Shown in pieces: positions 29,073-38,318 of a stretch of 64,000 bases of DNA. The position numbers were made by a program, and so were the translations under genes. The stretch is from a virus (Duplodnaviria > Caudoviricetes): positions 1-64,000 of the IMG/VR virus record IMGVR_UViG_2751185632_000005, one strand, 5' to 3'. The stretch's first letter is position 1. Each line of letters starts with the position of its first letter. Below the pieces are notes generated by a model. It saw nothing but the letters and a program-made list of their open reading frames with translations, was not told the DNA's origin and searched no databases.

Positions 29073-29801
29073 CTAAGCGAACGGGTAGGGGGTGGCATCC
29101 TGGCGCCGCTGGCGGAGATGGTGCCGAGCGGTGTTCATGACCTCGTCGTCGAAGTCCTTCTTCAGAATCCATTCGAGGTAGCCGGCGTCCATGTCGGCCC
29201 AGAGCTGGCCCTCGTATTTTCCGAAGGGCACGCGCTTCTGAAGGATCGGCAGCCTGGACAGCACGGTGAGGTCGCGGGTCGAGTTCTCCACCAACATGTG
29301 GCGGACGATACCGGCCGTGACGTAGGAGTCCGGGCCGGCCCGGTGCGGCGGCATGGCGAGCACCGGCCACTCGAACCCCTCGTCGATGCCGAGGATGTAG
29401 CGGAGCGTCTGGTTGGAATAGCCCGGCAGGTCGTCGTAGAGGTGCTTGGCCGCCACGTAGGTGCAGATCCACTCGTGCGTCCCGCCGGGGAAGAAGGTCT
29501 GTTCGAAGGAGGCGCGGTGGGCGGCGAACAGGTCGCCCGGTTCCATGCCCGCCATCAGCAGGGCGCGGGCCTCCGCCGGCGACATGGCGCCGGCCACATC
29601 GGCGTCCGAGATATGGTGGATGGCTCGCGCTTCCGGCGGGATCGGCATGCCGGGGTCGACGTAATGCCAAGTGGGCATGGAGACATAGCGCGTTTCCGCG
29701 TCGACATCGGTGTAGCCGATCTCGCAGATCTCCACCCTCTTGCCCGCCTTCAGGTCCTTGTCGGTTCCGGTCGTTTCAAGGTCGATGATCCTGATTTTCA
29801 T
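29073..29801 (-). CDS. DEDDh 3'-5' exonuclease (ExoX-like) with C-terminal PFGKY module
   Basis: IIDLETTG, AAHRASFE, HRAGPDS, PFGKYEG..GYLEW. Confidence 0.85.
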   Translation of the reverse strand: MKIRIIDLETTGTDKDLKAGKRVEICEIGYTDVDAETRYVSMPTWHYVDPGMPIPPEARAIHHISDADVAGAMSPAEARALLMAGMEPGDLFAAHRASFEQTFFPGGTHEWICTYVAAKHLYDDLPGYSNQTLRYILGIDEGFEWPVLAMPPHRAGPDSYVTAGIVRHMLVENSTRDLTVLSRLPILQKRVPFGKYEGQLWADMDAGYLEWILKKDFDDEVMNTARHHLRQRRQDATPYPFA

Positions 29802-29809
29802 GGCGGACC

Positions 29810-31048
29810 TCACTGGTACTTGCCGACGTTGAGGCGTTCGACGTCGAGCTTGGCGGCCAGCTTCTGCGAGAAGGTCATGTGGTCGGGAGCCCACGACATG
29901 CCACGCGCCTCCCGCTGAAGGCACCAGTCGACCATGGAGATGACGATGCGCAGGGCCTCATGCAGGTGCTCAGGCATGTTCGCCTTCTTCTCAGGGGCGA
30001 TGGCTTTCAGGATCCCGCGCCGGTCCTCGACAGAACAGCCGGGTTCATTGGCGATCGCCAGCACCTTCCCGAAGGACTCGGCAACAGCGACCGTCTCGTC
30101 GGCATCGGTCGTCATGACGTCAGGAACGGCGGGAGCGTCTTCCAGGTATTTCTGGCGCTTGACGGGCTCCTGGCTGGTCTTCTGAACCGGCTGGTCGTCC
30201 GTTCGGACGGAGGCCATCACACGGGCATCCTGGCGCTCCGTGGCGGCCATCTCGATCGTCTGGGTCCGCTGGTGCTCGATGGCTTGCGTCGGCTCCTTGC
30301 GGCCTTCCAGTGCCGCGCCGCCGGCAAATGGATCGACGCGCTCGGCTTGGGCCGTCTGGCGGAAGTCGAACATGTCGTCCTGGCGCTCGATCAGCGCGCG
30401 GATCTTGTCGTTGTTGATCGGGACATACTTCGAGCCACGGCGGAGCACGGCCTTGCGGCACATTTCATTCCACCACTTTTTCCACGCCGGGCTCTCCGGT
30501 GCCTTAGAAGCCTGTCGGACCTTTTCGAAGTCCTCGAGCGACATGGTTTCTAGATGCATCACCCGCTTCTGGTCGTCGCGGAAGATGGCATAGCCGCCGA
30601 CGACGGCGCCACGCCGATCCGGCTTCGCGAACGGGTCTGATTTGTGCACCAGCGAGTCCGGGTCGGCCTCGTTGAGGATGAACTCGTCGTTTTCGTGCAC
30701 CAATTTGCACATGATAGAGAAGACGCCGCCAAGTTCCTTCACCCGCTTGATGATGCCGTGCACCATCGGTTGGTAGTTCGCGAGCAAAGCCTTCTCCTTG
30801 CTGTCCCAATAGGGCAGCAGCACTGCCTCCTTGGAGTCGGGAACGAGCCCGTCCGCGGCACATTTGGAGATCTCGCGACGCAGGCTGTCGGGAGTACACT
30901 CAAGGAGCTTCGGTTCCTGGAGAACCGCGATCTTGAAGGTGGAGAGCAGCCGGTCGAAAGACTGCCCGTTCTCGGCGAGAAGGGGGGCGATGTCGCCGCG
31001 GATCTCGTCGAAGATGGCGAGGGCGTTAGCGGGCTGCGGGCTGCTCAT
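29810..31048 (-). CDS. recT: RecT-family single-strand annealing protein
   Basis: GLVP..AVLLPY, YQPM..GI, SPAWKKWWNEMCRKAVLRR. Confidence 0.85.
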   Translation of the reverse strand: MSSPQPANALAIFDEIRGDIAPLLAENGQSFDRLLSTFKIAVLQEPKLLECTPDSLRREISKCAADGLVPDSKEAVLLPYWDSKEKALLANYQPMVHGIIKRVKELGGVFSIMCKLVHENDEFILNEADPDSLVHKSDPFAKPDRRGAVVGGYAIFRDDQKRVMHLETMSLEDFEKVRQASKAPESPAWKKWWNEMCRKAVLRRGSKYVPINNDKIRALIERQDDMFDFRQTAQAERVDPFAGGAALEGRKEPTQAIEHQRTQTIEMAATERQDARVMASVRTDDQPVQKTSQEPVKRQKYLEDAPAVPDVMTTDADETVAVAESFGKVLAIANEPGCSVEDRRGILKAIAPEKKANMPEHLHEALRIVISMVDWCLQREARGMSWAPDHMTFSQKLAAKLDVERLNVGKYQ

Positions 31049-32198
31049 AGGAAAGGCCTCGGTTGTAGGTGGGGAACATGGAAGCGTTGAGCCGGAGGGG
31101 AACCTTCGGCGGCGGCGTCCAGAGCTGGTCGAGGCCAAACTGGTCGACATAGGACCGGTAGACGTCGAGGGTGTCGTCAATGATGCGGTCGGCGTGGACG
31201 ATGACCGGATCCGGATGCGTTTCGACCGATCCGTCCTCGCCTACGTAGGAGACGTCGCCGCCGATGGATGCGACGACCGGGGTCATGCCGGCGTCGCGCC
31301 GGATCATGACCCAGACCCAATCGACCTCATCGGCGCCGAAGAAGGATTCGACGTAGCCGCTCTGTGGTGCGTCGCCAAAGACCAGCCCTTCGGCGAGAAG
31401 GCGCTTGGCGGCGCGAAACGCACGAAGGTACCAAGCTGACTGCACGTCGTAGGCGAACTCGTAGAGCTTGGAAACGGCCGCCTCCTCGTCGCTGCCACTC
31501 CGGAATGTGGTGAAGCTCTTGAGGTCGACGACTAGGCTCTTGGTGCGTGCGCCGGCGGGGGCGAGGCTATAGTCGAAGCGCGCCTTCCGCCGGATGCCGT
31601 TCTCCGTGTAGAAGACGGACATCTCGGCGGCGCCGTCGATCAGCGCACCAGCCTGCATGACGGCCGCCAGCGTCGGGTCGCGCAGCATGTTCGAGACGGC
31701 GTCCTCGATCTCCTGCACCTGACGCGGGGTGAGCTCGACAAAGTCGGGGTGCTCGACTCTCCAGGCCGCAAGCAGGTCATCGAAAATCGGCGGGCAGTCT
31801 TCGCAGGCCTTGGCGCGGGCGACGAGTTCTGACTTGACGCCGGTAAGCCGCTGCCCGTTCTGGCGGAGGAAGTCCTTCACGTCGTCGGACGTCACGAGGC
31901 AGCCAGGAAAGTCCTCAGGCCTTGGTGGCCGGGCGTAGCGGGAATCGAACGCCGCTTTGCCCTCGAGGACGCGGCAGTGCCAGGCGCGACCCCAAGTCAG
32001 GTACTCGGTTTCGATCTCCTTGCGTGGGCGCAAACGGTTGTATTGCCAAAGGCAGGGCTTGCTGGCGAGATCGATGATGGATGTCGAGCCGAGCGCATCA
32101 TCAGCATGGTAGATCTTCTCCGACAGGCCGAAGTAGATGCCATCCGGTAGGTGATAGACGCCGTTCTCGTCAGGCTTGAAGTCGATGGGTGCGGGCAT
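31026..32198 (-). CDS. RecE-like PD-(D/E)xK exonuclease
   Basis: YHAD..LGST, GRAWH, KARFD, VDLK, YDVQSAWY. Confidence 0.8.
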   Translation of the reverse strand: MPAPIDFKPDENGVYHLPDGIYFGLSEKIYHADDALGSTSIIDLASKPCLWQYNRLRPRKEIETEYLTWGRAWHCRVLEGKAAFDSRYARPPRPEDFPGCLVTSDDVKDFLRQNGQRLTGVKSELVARAKACEDCPPIFDDLLAAWRVEHPDFVELTPRQVQEIEDAVSNMLRDPTLAAVMQAGALIDGAAEMSVFYTENGIRRKARFDYSLAPAGARTKSLVVDLKSFTTFRSGSDEEAAVSKLYEFAYDVQSAWYLRAFRAAKRLLAEGLVFGDAPQSGYVESFFGADEVDWVWVMIRRDAGMTPVVASIGGDVSYVGEDGSVETHPDPVIVHADRIIDDTLDVYRSYVDQFGLDQLWTPPPKVPLRLNASMFPTYNRGLSYEQPAAR

Positions 32199-32213
32199 TT
32201 CTTCCTCCCTCGC

Positions 32214-32414
32214 TCAAGCCAGAACGGCAAGGGTGATCGAGGCGGCGACCAGCGTGAGGACGGCGATGATGCTGCCTCCCAGGCTCTCCACTTCGAGCGG
32301 GGTCATGTCCGAGAATTGCTTCGTCGGACCCATCTGCCGGCCGATCGAGACCGAGAGCACGACCGAACCGAAGGCGGCGGCAATGCTGCAGAGGATGAGG
32401 GCGATGGTCGTCAT
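32214..32414 (-). CDS. Small two-TM membrane protein
   Basis: Two hydrophobic segments. Confidence 0.55.
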   Translation of the reverse strand: MTTIALILCSIAAAFGSVVLSVSIGRQMGPTKQFSDMTPLEVESLGGSIIAVLTLVAASITLAVLA

Positions 32415-32653
32415 CCCATGGCCTCCGTGGTCTTGAATGTGGGCGGCGTCTGCCCCTCCTTGATGAGGGACTGCGGGTGACATGGAACGGGGAACCTGGC
32501 GCCGTCGAACTGCACCTGGACGTAATGGGCGCAGCCGCTGTTCTCGTCGACCACGGCGCCATGCTTCTGCGTTTCATCGTGCATGACGCGGTCGCCGAAT
32601 TTGAAATCGAGCCCGTAGTGCTCGCGAATGTAGCGGTAGGACATGGCGCTCAC
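32411..32653 (-). CDS. Hypothetical protein
   Basis: YIREHYG..GDRV..CHP pattern. Confidence 0.6.
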   Translation of the reverse strand: MSAMSYRYIREHYGLDFKFGDRVMHDETQKHGAVVDENSGCAHYVQVQFDGARFPVPCHPQSLIKEGQTPPTFKTTEAMG

Positions 32654-33957
32654 TCCGCAGCTTCGGCGGCCGCCGGAGTGGCGACGTGTCCGTCTTCAAT
32701 GACGATGGCGGCTTGCCGGCCGGACTGGACCGTCTCGACCCACACCTGCAGTCCGTTGGCCTCGGCATAGCTGGCGAGGGCGGCCATGGAGTCGTCGTCC
32801 AGAAGCGATCCATCGCGCACTCGGATAACGCGAAGGCGGGGGTTCATGGCCCCGGCGACGGCGATAGAGACACGCAACTGCTCGGCATCGGAAGCCTGAT
32901 CGAACGGCACGCCGTTGAGCAGGACGCCGTCCTCGCTGAGTTCCAGCCCCTCTACCGGGAGATCGGCGTCCCGAACCGCCTTGGCGGCAGCGGCCTTGCG
33001 GGCGGCGATGCGCCCGGTCAGACTGGCGCTCTCCTCTGTCTTGGCGCGAAGCTCGGCGTTCAGCGTCTGCCGCTGCTTCTTCAGTTCGACGCTCCGATTG
33101 ATCATCTCGGATTCGGCGATCCTCAGGCGCACGTCTGTGGTGTCGATCTGGGCCGGAGCCAAGCCGAGGTCGTCGATAAGATCGCGGTGTTCCTCGATGC
33201 CGAGCTCCCGTGCAGCGATATTTTTCTCGATGTTGGCGATTTCCGCTTGCAAGCGGGCGATATCGAATCGTCCGCGCTGGATCTCTTCCTCGAGAGTGGC
33301 GATGGCCGCCGTGTGTGAATTGACCTTCTCGGCATGGCGGCGGGCTGCCTCGTTGGCATCGAGATCCTTCTGCAGCTCCTCCATCAGCGCCGCGAGGTCG
33401 ACGCGCTCGTCGGGGGTGCCGTCCGGAAGGGTGATCGCTTCGACGCGAACCTGAAGGTCTCGGATCGTGCGGTTCACTTCCGTGCGCGCTTCGAAGTCTT
33501 TCTTGTTGAGGCGATCGGCGTCGGCGAAGTCGTAGCCTGGGACCAGAGCCCGCAACGCGACGACTTGGTCGAGCGGCTTCATCCGTGAGAAGTCGAGGGG
33601 GTCGAAGGCGAGATCGCCGACCAACGCGTTGAGCAGCTTCTGAGGGTCGCTGTATTTGGCGCCGTCCTTGTTGGCGACGGTGAGCGAGGTCGTGTACTCG
33701 CCGTCATCCCGAACGCGGAACTTGCGGGTCACGACATACTCGCCGAGATCGATCGTTACCGATCCGCTGTCGGCGCCGTTGCGCACGGGTTTGTCCTGGA
33801 TGGGCTTGGTGCCGGCCAGCGCCCAATAGATGGCGTCGAGCACAGAGGTCTTGCCCTGGCCGTTCTTGCCTGTGATCTCGACGAGATTGCCGTTCGGGGC
33901 GATCTCCACGGCGGACAAGCGTTTGATGTTCTCGGCATTGAGCCGGACGATGTGCAT
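32650..33957 (-). CDS. SMC/Rad50-like coiled-coil ABC ATPase
   Basis: GKNGQGKTS, long coiled coil, RDGSLLD. Confidence 0.85.
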   Translation of the reverse strand: MHIVRLNAENIKRLSAVEIAPNGNLVEITGKNGQGKTSVLDAIYWALAGTKPIQDKPVRNGADSGSVTIDLGEYVVTRKFRVRDDGEYTTSLTVANKDGAKYSDPQKLLNALVGDLAFDPLDFSRMKPLDQVVALRALVPGYDFADADRLNKKDFEARTEVNRTIRDLQVRVEAITLPDGTPDERVDLAALMEELQKDLDANEAARRHAEKVNSHTAAIATLEEEIQRGRFDIARLQAEIANIEKNIAARELGIEEHRDLIDDLGLAPAQIDTTDVRLRIAESEMINRSVELKKQRQTLNAELRAKTEESASLTGRIAARKAAAAKAVRDADLPVEGLELSEDGVLLNGVPFDQASDAEQLRVSIAVAGAMNPRLRVIRVRDGSLLDDDSMAALASYAEANGLQVWVETVQSGRQAAIVIEDGHVATPAAAEAAE

Positions 33958-33990
33958 GGCTGCACGGCCATAGGCCGCCCTCTGGTTTGG

Positions 33991-34158
33991 TTAGGTCTGA
34001 TAGCCAAGGGCGCGGGCAAGAGATGAGCACATCGCCCAAATCACGGCGTCCTGCTGTTCGTCAGAGAGGCGGTCACCTCGCCGCCAAGCGTCGAGCGCTT
34101 CGCGGGTTTGGTTCTGCGATGTCGCTTCCTGCCTTGTCGTGCGGGTCGAAGCGGTCAT
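33991..34158 (-). CDS. Small first gene of leftward early operon
   Basis: GGAGG RBS just downstream of PL-like promoter. Confidence 0.55.
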   Translation of the reverse strand: MTASTRTTRQEATSQNQTREALDAWRRGDRLSDEQQDAVIWAMCSSLARALGYQT

Positions 34159-34176
34159 CGGTGCCTCCATGGCGCG

Positions 34177-34227
34177 ATTAGTACGCTGTGTACAAATCGC
34201 CGTCAAGGGGATTCGTACACGGTGTAT
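34177..34227 (-). promoter_or_regulatory. PL-like promoter with two GTAC-N5-GTA(C/T) operators
   Basis: TTGACG-N17-TACTAA(T) on minus strand; operators 34181-34193 and 34215-34227. Confidence 0.7.
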
Positions 34228-34259
34228 TGACGGCTGATCAGGAGAGGGCGTAGAAGCGA

Positions 34260-34287
34260 AAAGCCCCAGGCGGGAACCTGGGGCTTT
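34260..34287. terminator. Intrinsic terminator hairpin, possibly bidirectional
   Basis: Perfect 11-bp IR AAAGCCCCAGG/CCTGGGGCTTT. Confidence 0.75.
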
Positions 34288-34608
34288 GGATGGAGAGCGG
34301 TCGGTAGAGACGGTGGCGCTCTCGCCTCATTGCTGAGGTCTTTTCTATACCATCGGGCGCAGGAAGATAGAAGCCCCACTCCGAAAGTCCGAAGGGGTTC
34401 CTGCCGTGGCCTTACCAGAGGCGACGAAAAAGTGCGGACAACTGGCGACGCTGGTGTCGAGCGCCGGGGATGGGTGACGGGCGGCTCCGCCGAGCATGTC
34501 ATCCGGCATAGGGGCTAACCCTGGATGCTCGCGAGCACAGGGCTTAGTCCTCCTATGTCCGGGCTCAGGGCTCACCACCGAGCACGAGAGGAGATTCTTC
34601 CCTGAATC

Positions 34609-35244
34609 TCAGATCTCTGTGACGACGACTTTGACTCTTCCGAAGACCTGCACATCGTCCGTCAGCGGGATCGACATGTGGTCGGGATTCGTCGAGTAGG
34701 GGGTCATTCTTGGCGGATTTTTCCTGAACTTCTTGAACGTCGATTCACTTAAACCATTGACGAAGACATAGAATTTGTCGTTCAGCAGCGTCTTGTCGCG
34801 CCTGTTCACCGCAATGATGGCGCCGGGCGGGGCGATCCGATTCATGGAATCGCCATCGACTATGAGCCCCATCCACTCCCCATCCGGGAGGCCGCTCAGA
34901 GTTATGGTCCTGATGACGTCCTTCTTCTCGACGCCATCGCGGAACTGCAGCATGCCGGCGGTGACCATCGAAACGACAGGGATCTGGATGCCGCTGCCGT
35001 TCGTTGCGTCAGGCCCGTTGTACAGGTGCTCGGCAGTTACCCCAAAAAGATCCGCATATGCGAGCGCCAGGTCGTAGTCATAGGCGCGCCGGCCGCTCTC
35101 ATGATGGGTGTAAGCGCTCTGGGTGACCGGCAATCGGACCTGCCGGTACATCTCGCTGAGATTGTCGCCAAAGGCTTTGATCCGCGCCTCCTTGAGGCGG
35201 CGCGCCCGCTCGAGACGGGTTCTCTCGTCGATAACATTTTTCAT
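34609..35244 (-). CDS. cI: CI-like repressor (XRE HTH + S24 peptidase)
   Basis: HTH N-terminus; VDGDSM serine and TFKK lysine motifs. Confidence 0.9.
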   Translation of the reverse strand: MKNVIDERTRLERARRLKEARIKAFGDNLSEMYRQVRLPVTQSAYTHHESGRRAYDYDLALAYADLFGVTAEHLYNGPDATNGSGIQIPVVSMVTAGMLQFRDGVEKKDVIRTITLSGLPDGEWMGLIVDGDSMNRIAPPGAIIAVNRRDKTLLNDKFYVFVNGLSESTFKKFRKNPPRMTPYSTNPDHMSIPLTDDVQVFGRVKVVVTEI

Positions 35245-35269
35245 ACGCCGATTATGGATCAAATATCTA

Positions 35270-35320
35270 GTACGCGGCGTAGGAAGAGGGGTTGCAGGAG
35301 TTTTATACGTGCTGTACAAA
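35270..35320 (+). promoter_or_regulatory. PR-like promoter with two operators
   Basis: TTGCAG-N17-TACAAA; operators GTAC-N5-GTAG 35270-35282 and ATAC-N5-GTAC 35305-35317. Confidence 0.65.
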
Positions 35321-35327
35321 CTGCCGC

Positions 35328-35588
35328 ATGAGCGAGAAGCAATCATGTCCTACCTCCATTCCCGAACTCATCGACAGGTGGGCTTGGGGGCCGAACGGCG
35401 TATGGGGAGCTGTCGCTGAGTTCGCTCGCGCCGTCGACGTCGGTTATCAGACCGCCAGGAAGTGGCGGGAACGCGGGCGTATCCCGATGGAGTATTGGCC
35501 TGCCGTAGTTGCGGCCGCGCGCAAGAAGCGAGTTCGTGGCGTTTCTTTGGAATGGCTGGCGAAGGCGTGTCTCGAGACTGCCCCGTAA
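35328..35588 (+). CDS. cro: Cro-like HTH protein (probably leaderless mRNA)
   Basis: Divergent from cI; AEFARAVDVGYQTARKWRERGRIP. Confidence 0.8.
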   Translation: MSEKQSCPTSIPELIDRWAWGPNGVWGAVAEFARAVDVGYQTARKWRERGRIPMEYWPAVVAAARKKRVRGVSLEWLAKACLETAP

Positions 35589-35678
35589 AGGCTTTTCCTT
35601 GGTCATGTTGACAACTCCCTACACGTTACGTTCCGGAGACTGTCGTTTTGCGGCGTCTCTTCTCTGGGGCTTCACCGA

Positions 35679-35879
35679 ATGACGGCGAAGATTGAGTGGT
35701 CTGGGTCACAGCTGCAGAGGCTCCGGTCCATGTTGAACGAGGGGACGAGCCACGCGGACATCGCCCGATCGTTCGGGGTCAGCCGTCAGGCGGTATCGAA
35801 CCTCGTTGCACGAATAGCCGGGGCGGCTAGCGAAAAGAGGGATGGCGATGATGAGCAGAGATCACAACGAGAAGACTGA
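35679..35879 (+). CDS. Small HTH protein (CII/GcrA-like position)
   Basis: SHADIARSFGVSRQAVSNLV. Confidence 0.7.
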   Translation: MTAKIEWSGSQLQRLRSMLNEGTSHADIARSFGVSRQAVSNLVARIAGAASEKRDGDDEQRSQRED

Positions 35880-36327
35880 GCAGGAGCTCTACGAGGACCA
35901 GCAGTTCCTGCGCGGATACACTGAGATCAAGGAACTGACGTCGACCATGGCCGGTACCAAGGGAGACATGGGCGCGGTCTACAAACGGCTCAAGGATCTC
36001 GGCTTTTCGAAGAAGGACGTCGAGTTCGCGCTGTCGCTCGAAGACAAGGACTCCGGCAAGGTCATCGCCGAGTTCGAGCGGAAGATCCGCATTGCCAAGC
36101 TGTTCGGTCATGCGCTCGGCCGCCAGCTCGAACTGATGGACGACAGGGCGCCGCAGGACGACAAGGCTTTCGAGCAGGGCAAGGCCGCCGGCAGCCTGCG
36201 GAAGCAGAACGTGAATCCTTACCAGCCTGGCTCCTCGCAGTTCCAGCGCTGGCAGGAGGGCTACAACGAGGGCACGGCCTTCGTGAACAAGGAATTGTCG
36301 AGCGCCATGGAAGACGCCGGCAACTGA
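35842..36327 (+). CDS. Hypothetical protein, GapR/DUF2312-like N-part and RMF-like C-part
   Basis: DMGAVYKRLKDLGFSKKD; NPYQPGS..W.EGY. Confidence 0.55.
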   Translation: MAMMSRDHNEKTEQELYEDQQFLRGYTEIKELTSTMAGTKGDMGAVYKRLKDLGFSKKDVEFALSLEDKDSGKVIAEFERKIRIAKLFGHALGRQLELMDDRAPQDDKAFEQGKAAGSLRKQNVNPYQPGSSQFQRWQEGYNEGTAFVNKELSSAMEDAGN

Positions 36328-36376
36328 CCGCCGATTTCGGCGGCGACCCGCAAGCATGCGACCAACGGAGACAATC

Positions 36377-36715
36377 ATGAGTGAATTCAAGTTCAAGCTC
36401 GGCGCCATCGTGCGTTTGACGCACAGCCCCGAGACCGGCGAGGTCATCGGCCGCTCCGAGTACACCACCGCGGAGAACGGTTACCTCGTGCGCTATCGTG
36501 CCGGTGACGGCCGGCAGACCGAGTGCTGGTGGGGTGAGAGCGCGGTCCGGGCCGTTGGAGAACAACCGTCGGACGCCGCCGCGGACTATGCCGGCGAGGC
36601 GGCGTTTGTGGGTGAGCCGCTGAAGCCGTGTAGCCCCATGCGCATCGTCATTCTCGATACGCTCGGCGACCTCAACGACATCCTTTCGAAGGCATCGCCG
36701 CTTCCGAACGTGTGA
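36377..36715 (+). CDS. Hypothetical phage protein
   Basis: GGAG RBS; FKFKLG..V..GEVIGRSEY. Confidence 0.65.
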   Translation: MSEFKFKLGAIVRLTHSPETGEVIGRSEYTTAENGYLVRYRAGDGRQTECWWGESAVRAVGEQPSDAAADYAGEAAFVGEPLKPCSPMRIVILDTLGDLNDILSKASPLPNV

Positions 36716-36718
36716 CCC

Positions 36719-37120
36719 ATGGGGCGCCGGAGGGGAAACCGCTTCGGCCTGACCCCGCACCAGCAGCGCAAGCTGGATCAAGCGTTCGACCGTGCGGATA
36801 GGGAAGATGCACTTCGCAAGGAGCATGGCCGGTGCCACTACTGCCGGACCAAACTGACCATTCGCACGGTCACGCGAGATCACGTCGATCCTCGGGCGTT
36901 GGGCGGGTCGAACCAGCGGAAGAACATCGTCGCCGCCTGTGAGCGGTGCAACGTTGCCAAGGGCTCCATGCCCTACAAGCAGTTCGTGCGGATGATTAGG
37001 TTTCCCGAGTTTGGTGACCCGGTGCAGTTCTGGCTCATCAACATGGATCTCAGGATCAACAAGGCGCTCCAGAAGATGGAACGCGGCCTCGCGAAAGCCC
37101 TCGGCATCGACAGGATCTAG
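36719..37120 (+). CDS. HNH endonuclease
   Basis: CHYC..TRDHV.P...GGSN..N...ACERCN. Confidence 0.9.
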   Translation: MGRRRGNRFGLTPHQQRKLDQAFDRADREDALRKEHGRCHYCRTKLTIRTVTRDHVDPRALGGSNQRKNIVAACERCNVAKGSMPYKQFVRMIRFPEFGDPVQFWLINMDLRINKALQKMERGLAKALGIDRI

Positions 37121-37170
37121 CGCTCGCCACTGGCGGGCGCCTTCCCCACCACATTTCTTCGAGTCGATGA

Positions 37171-37740
37171 ATGACCGTCGTCGCTTCAGCATTCGAGCGC
37201 CGGCCCAACGACCTCTACGAAACCGAGGCTTGGGCAACCGAAGCGTTCATCAGGTTCTTCCCGGTTCGCGGCTCCAAGCTATGGGAGCCAGCGGCTGGCA
37301 ACCACAAGATGGCCGATGTGCTCCGCGAGCATGGATCGTCCGTTTTCACCTCCGACATCACGACTTATGAGCGCCAGCACGACGCTGAGTTCGACTTTCT
37401 TTCGGCGCGCGAAGGCCACGATGTCTTCGACGAGATCGTGACCAACCCGCCATACGGGAAGGGAAATCGGGTAGCCGTAAAGTTTGCCGAGAAGGCGCTT
37501 CAGCGCTGCGCCGGCACGGTTGGGCTGCTCCTGACGGCCAAGTTCGACAGTGGGAAAACGCGGCGTCACCTGTTCGCGGATAACCCACGGTTTGTCGCCA
37601 AGATCGTATTGCTCGACCGCATTCAGTGGTTTGAGGGCGACAACAAAGGCACCGAGGATCACGCCTGGTACGTGTGGGGTCCTCGCCCGCTTCTTCGCAT
37701 GCCGCCGCAGTTGCTTTATGCCGCGAGGCCGCAGCTATGA
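37171..37740 (+). CDS. Small amino-methyltransferase (N6-A/N4-C)
   Basis: DLYET, WEPAAG, TSDI, TNPPY. Confidence 0.8.
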   Translation: MTVVASAFERRPNDLYETEAWATEAFIRFFPVRGSKLWEPAAGNHKMADVLREHGSSVFTSDITTYERQHDAEFDFLSAREGHDVFDEIVTNPPYGKGNRVAVKFAEKALQRCAGTVGLLLTAKFDSGKTRRHLFADNPRFVAKIVLLDRIQWFEGDNKGTEDHAWYVWGPRPLLRMPPQLLYAARPQL

Positions 37741-38318
37741 GCTCCGCCCCCGGCTCTTATTTCGTCTTCGACCCGGGCAGGACAATGGGCTTCGCCTACT
37801 GCCTCGCCGGCGGCGGTAGCCTCCGCCATGGCACGTGGAAGTTCACCCAGCAGCCGGCCGGCGCCGCCTATGCCGAGTTCAGCTCCTACTTTCGGCGGGT
37901 GCTCAACAGCCTGCCTGACCCGCTGGTCGGAATCGAGCTTATGACCATCGTCGACCACGGTGAGCCGGGAAAACCGGCGATCGACGCGCAGCAGGTCATG
38001 TTCTCTTCCGGCTGGCCGACGCACGCGCAGACTATCTGCCACGTCATGGGGCTCCGGGAGCCGGAACTGATCGCCATCTCCACTTGGAGGTCGAAGACGC
38101 ACGGCAAGACCCGCGCGCCGAAGGAACTCACCAAGCAGCCAGAAAAGTCCAAGTGGCTGAAGCAGCAGGCCAAGACCTACTGCGACCGAAACGGCTGGTC
38201 CTACAACACTGAGGACGAGGCCGAAGCGCTCTGCATGCTCGACGCGCTCCGGATCATGCACGAGCCTGCCTACGCTTTCGACAAGGGGCGCTCCTACCAG
38301 CAGGATTCATTTCTGTGA
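37737..38318 (+). CDS. RuvC-like Holliday junction resolvase
   Basis: FDPGRTMGFA, IE, EDEAEAL acidic motifs. Confidence 0.7.
   Translation: MSSAPGSYFVFDPGRTMGFAYCLAGGGSLRHGTWKFTQQPAGAAYAEFSSYFRRVLNSLPDPLVGIELMTIVDHGEPGKPAIDAQQVMFSSGWPTHAQTICHVMGLREPELIAISTWRSKTHGKTRAPKELTKQPEKSKWLKQQAKTYCDRNGWSYNTEDEAEALCMLDALRIMHEPAYAFDKGRSYQQDSFL

Noticed and set aside
34397-34410. Type I-F repeat-like GTTCCTGCCGTGGC
   Set aside because: Lacks the GGCAG stem partner and the AGAAA end; single copy.
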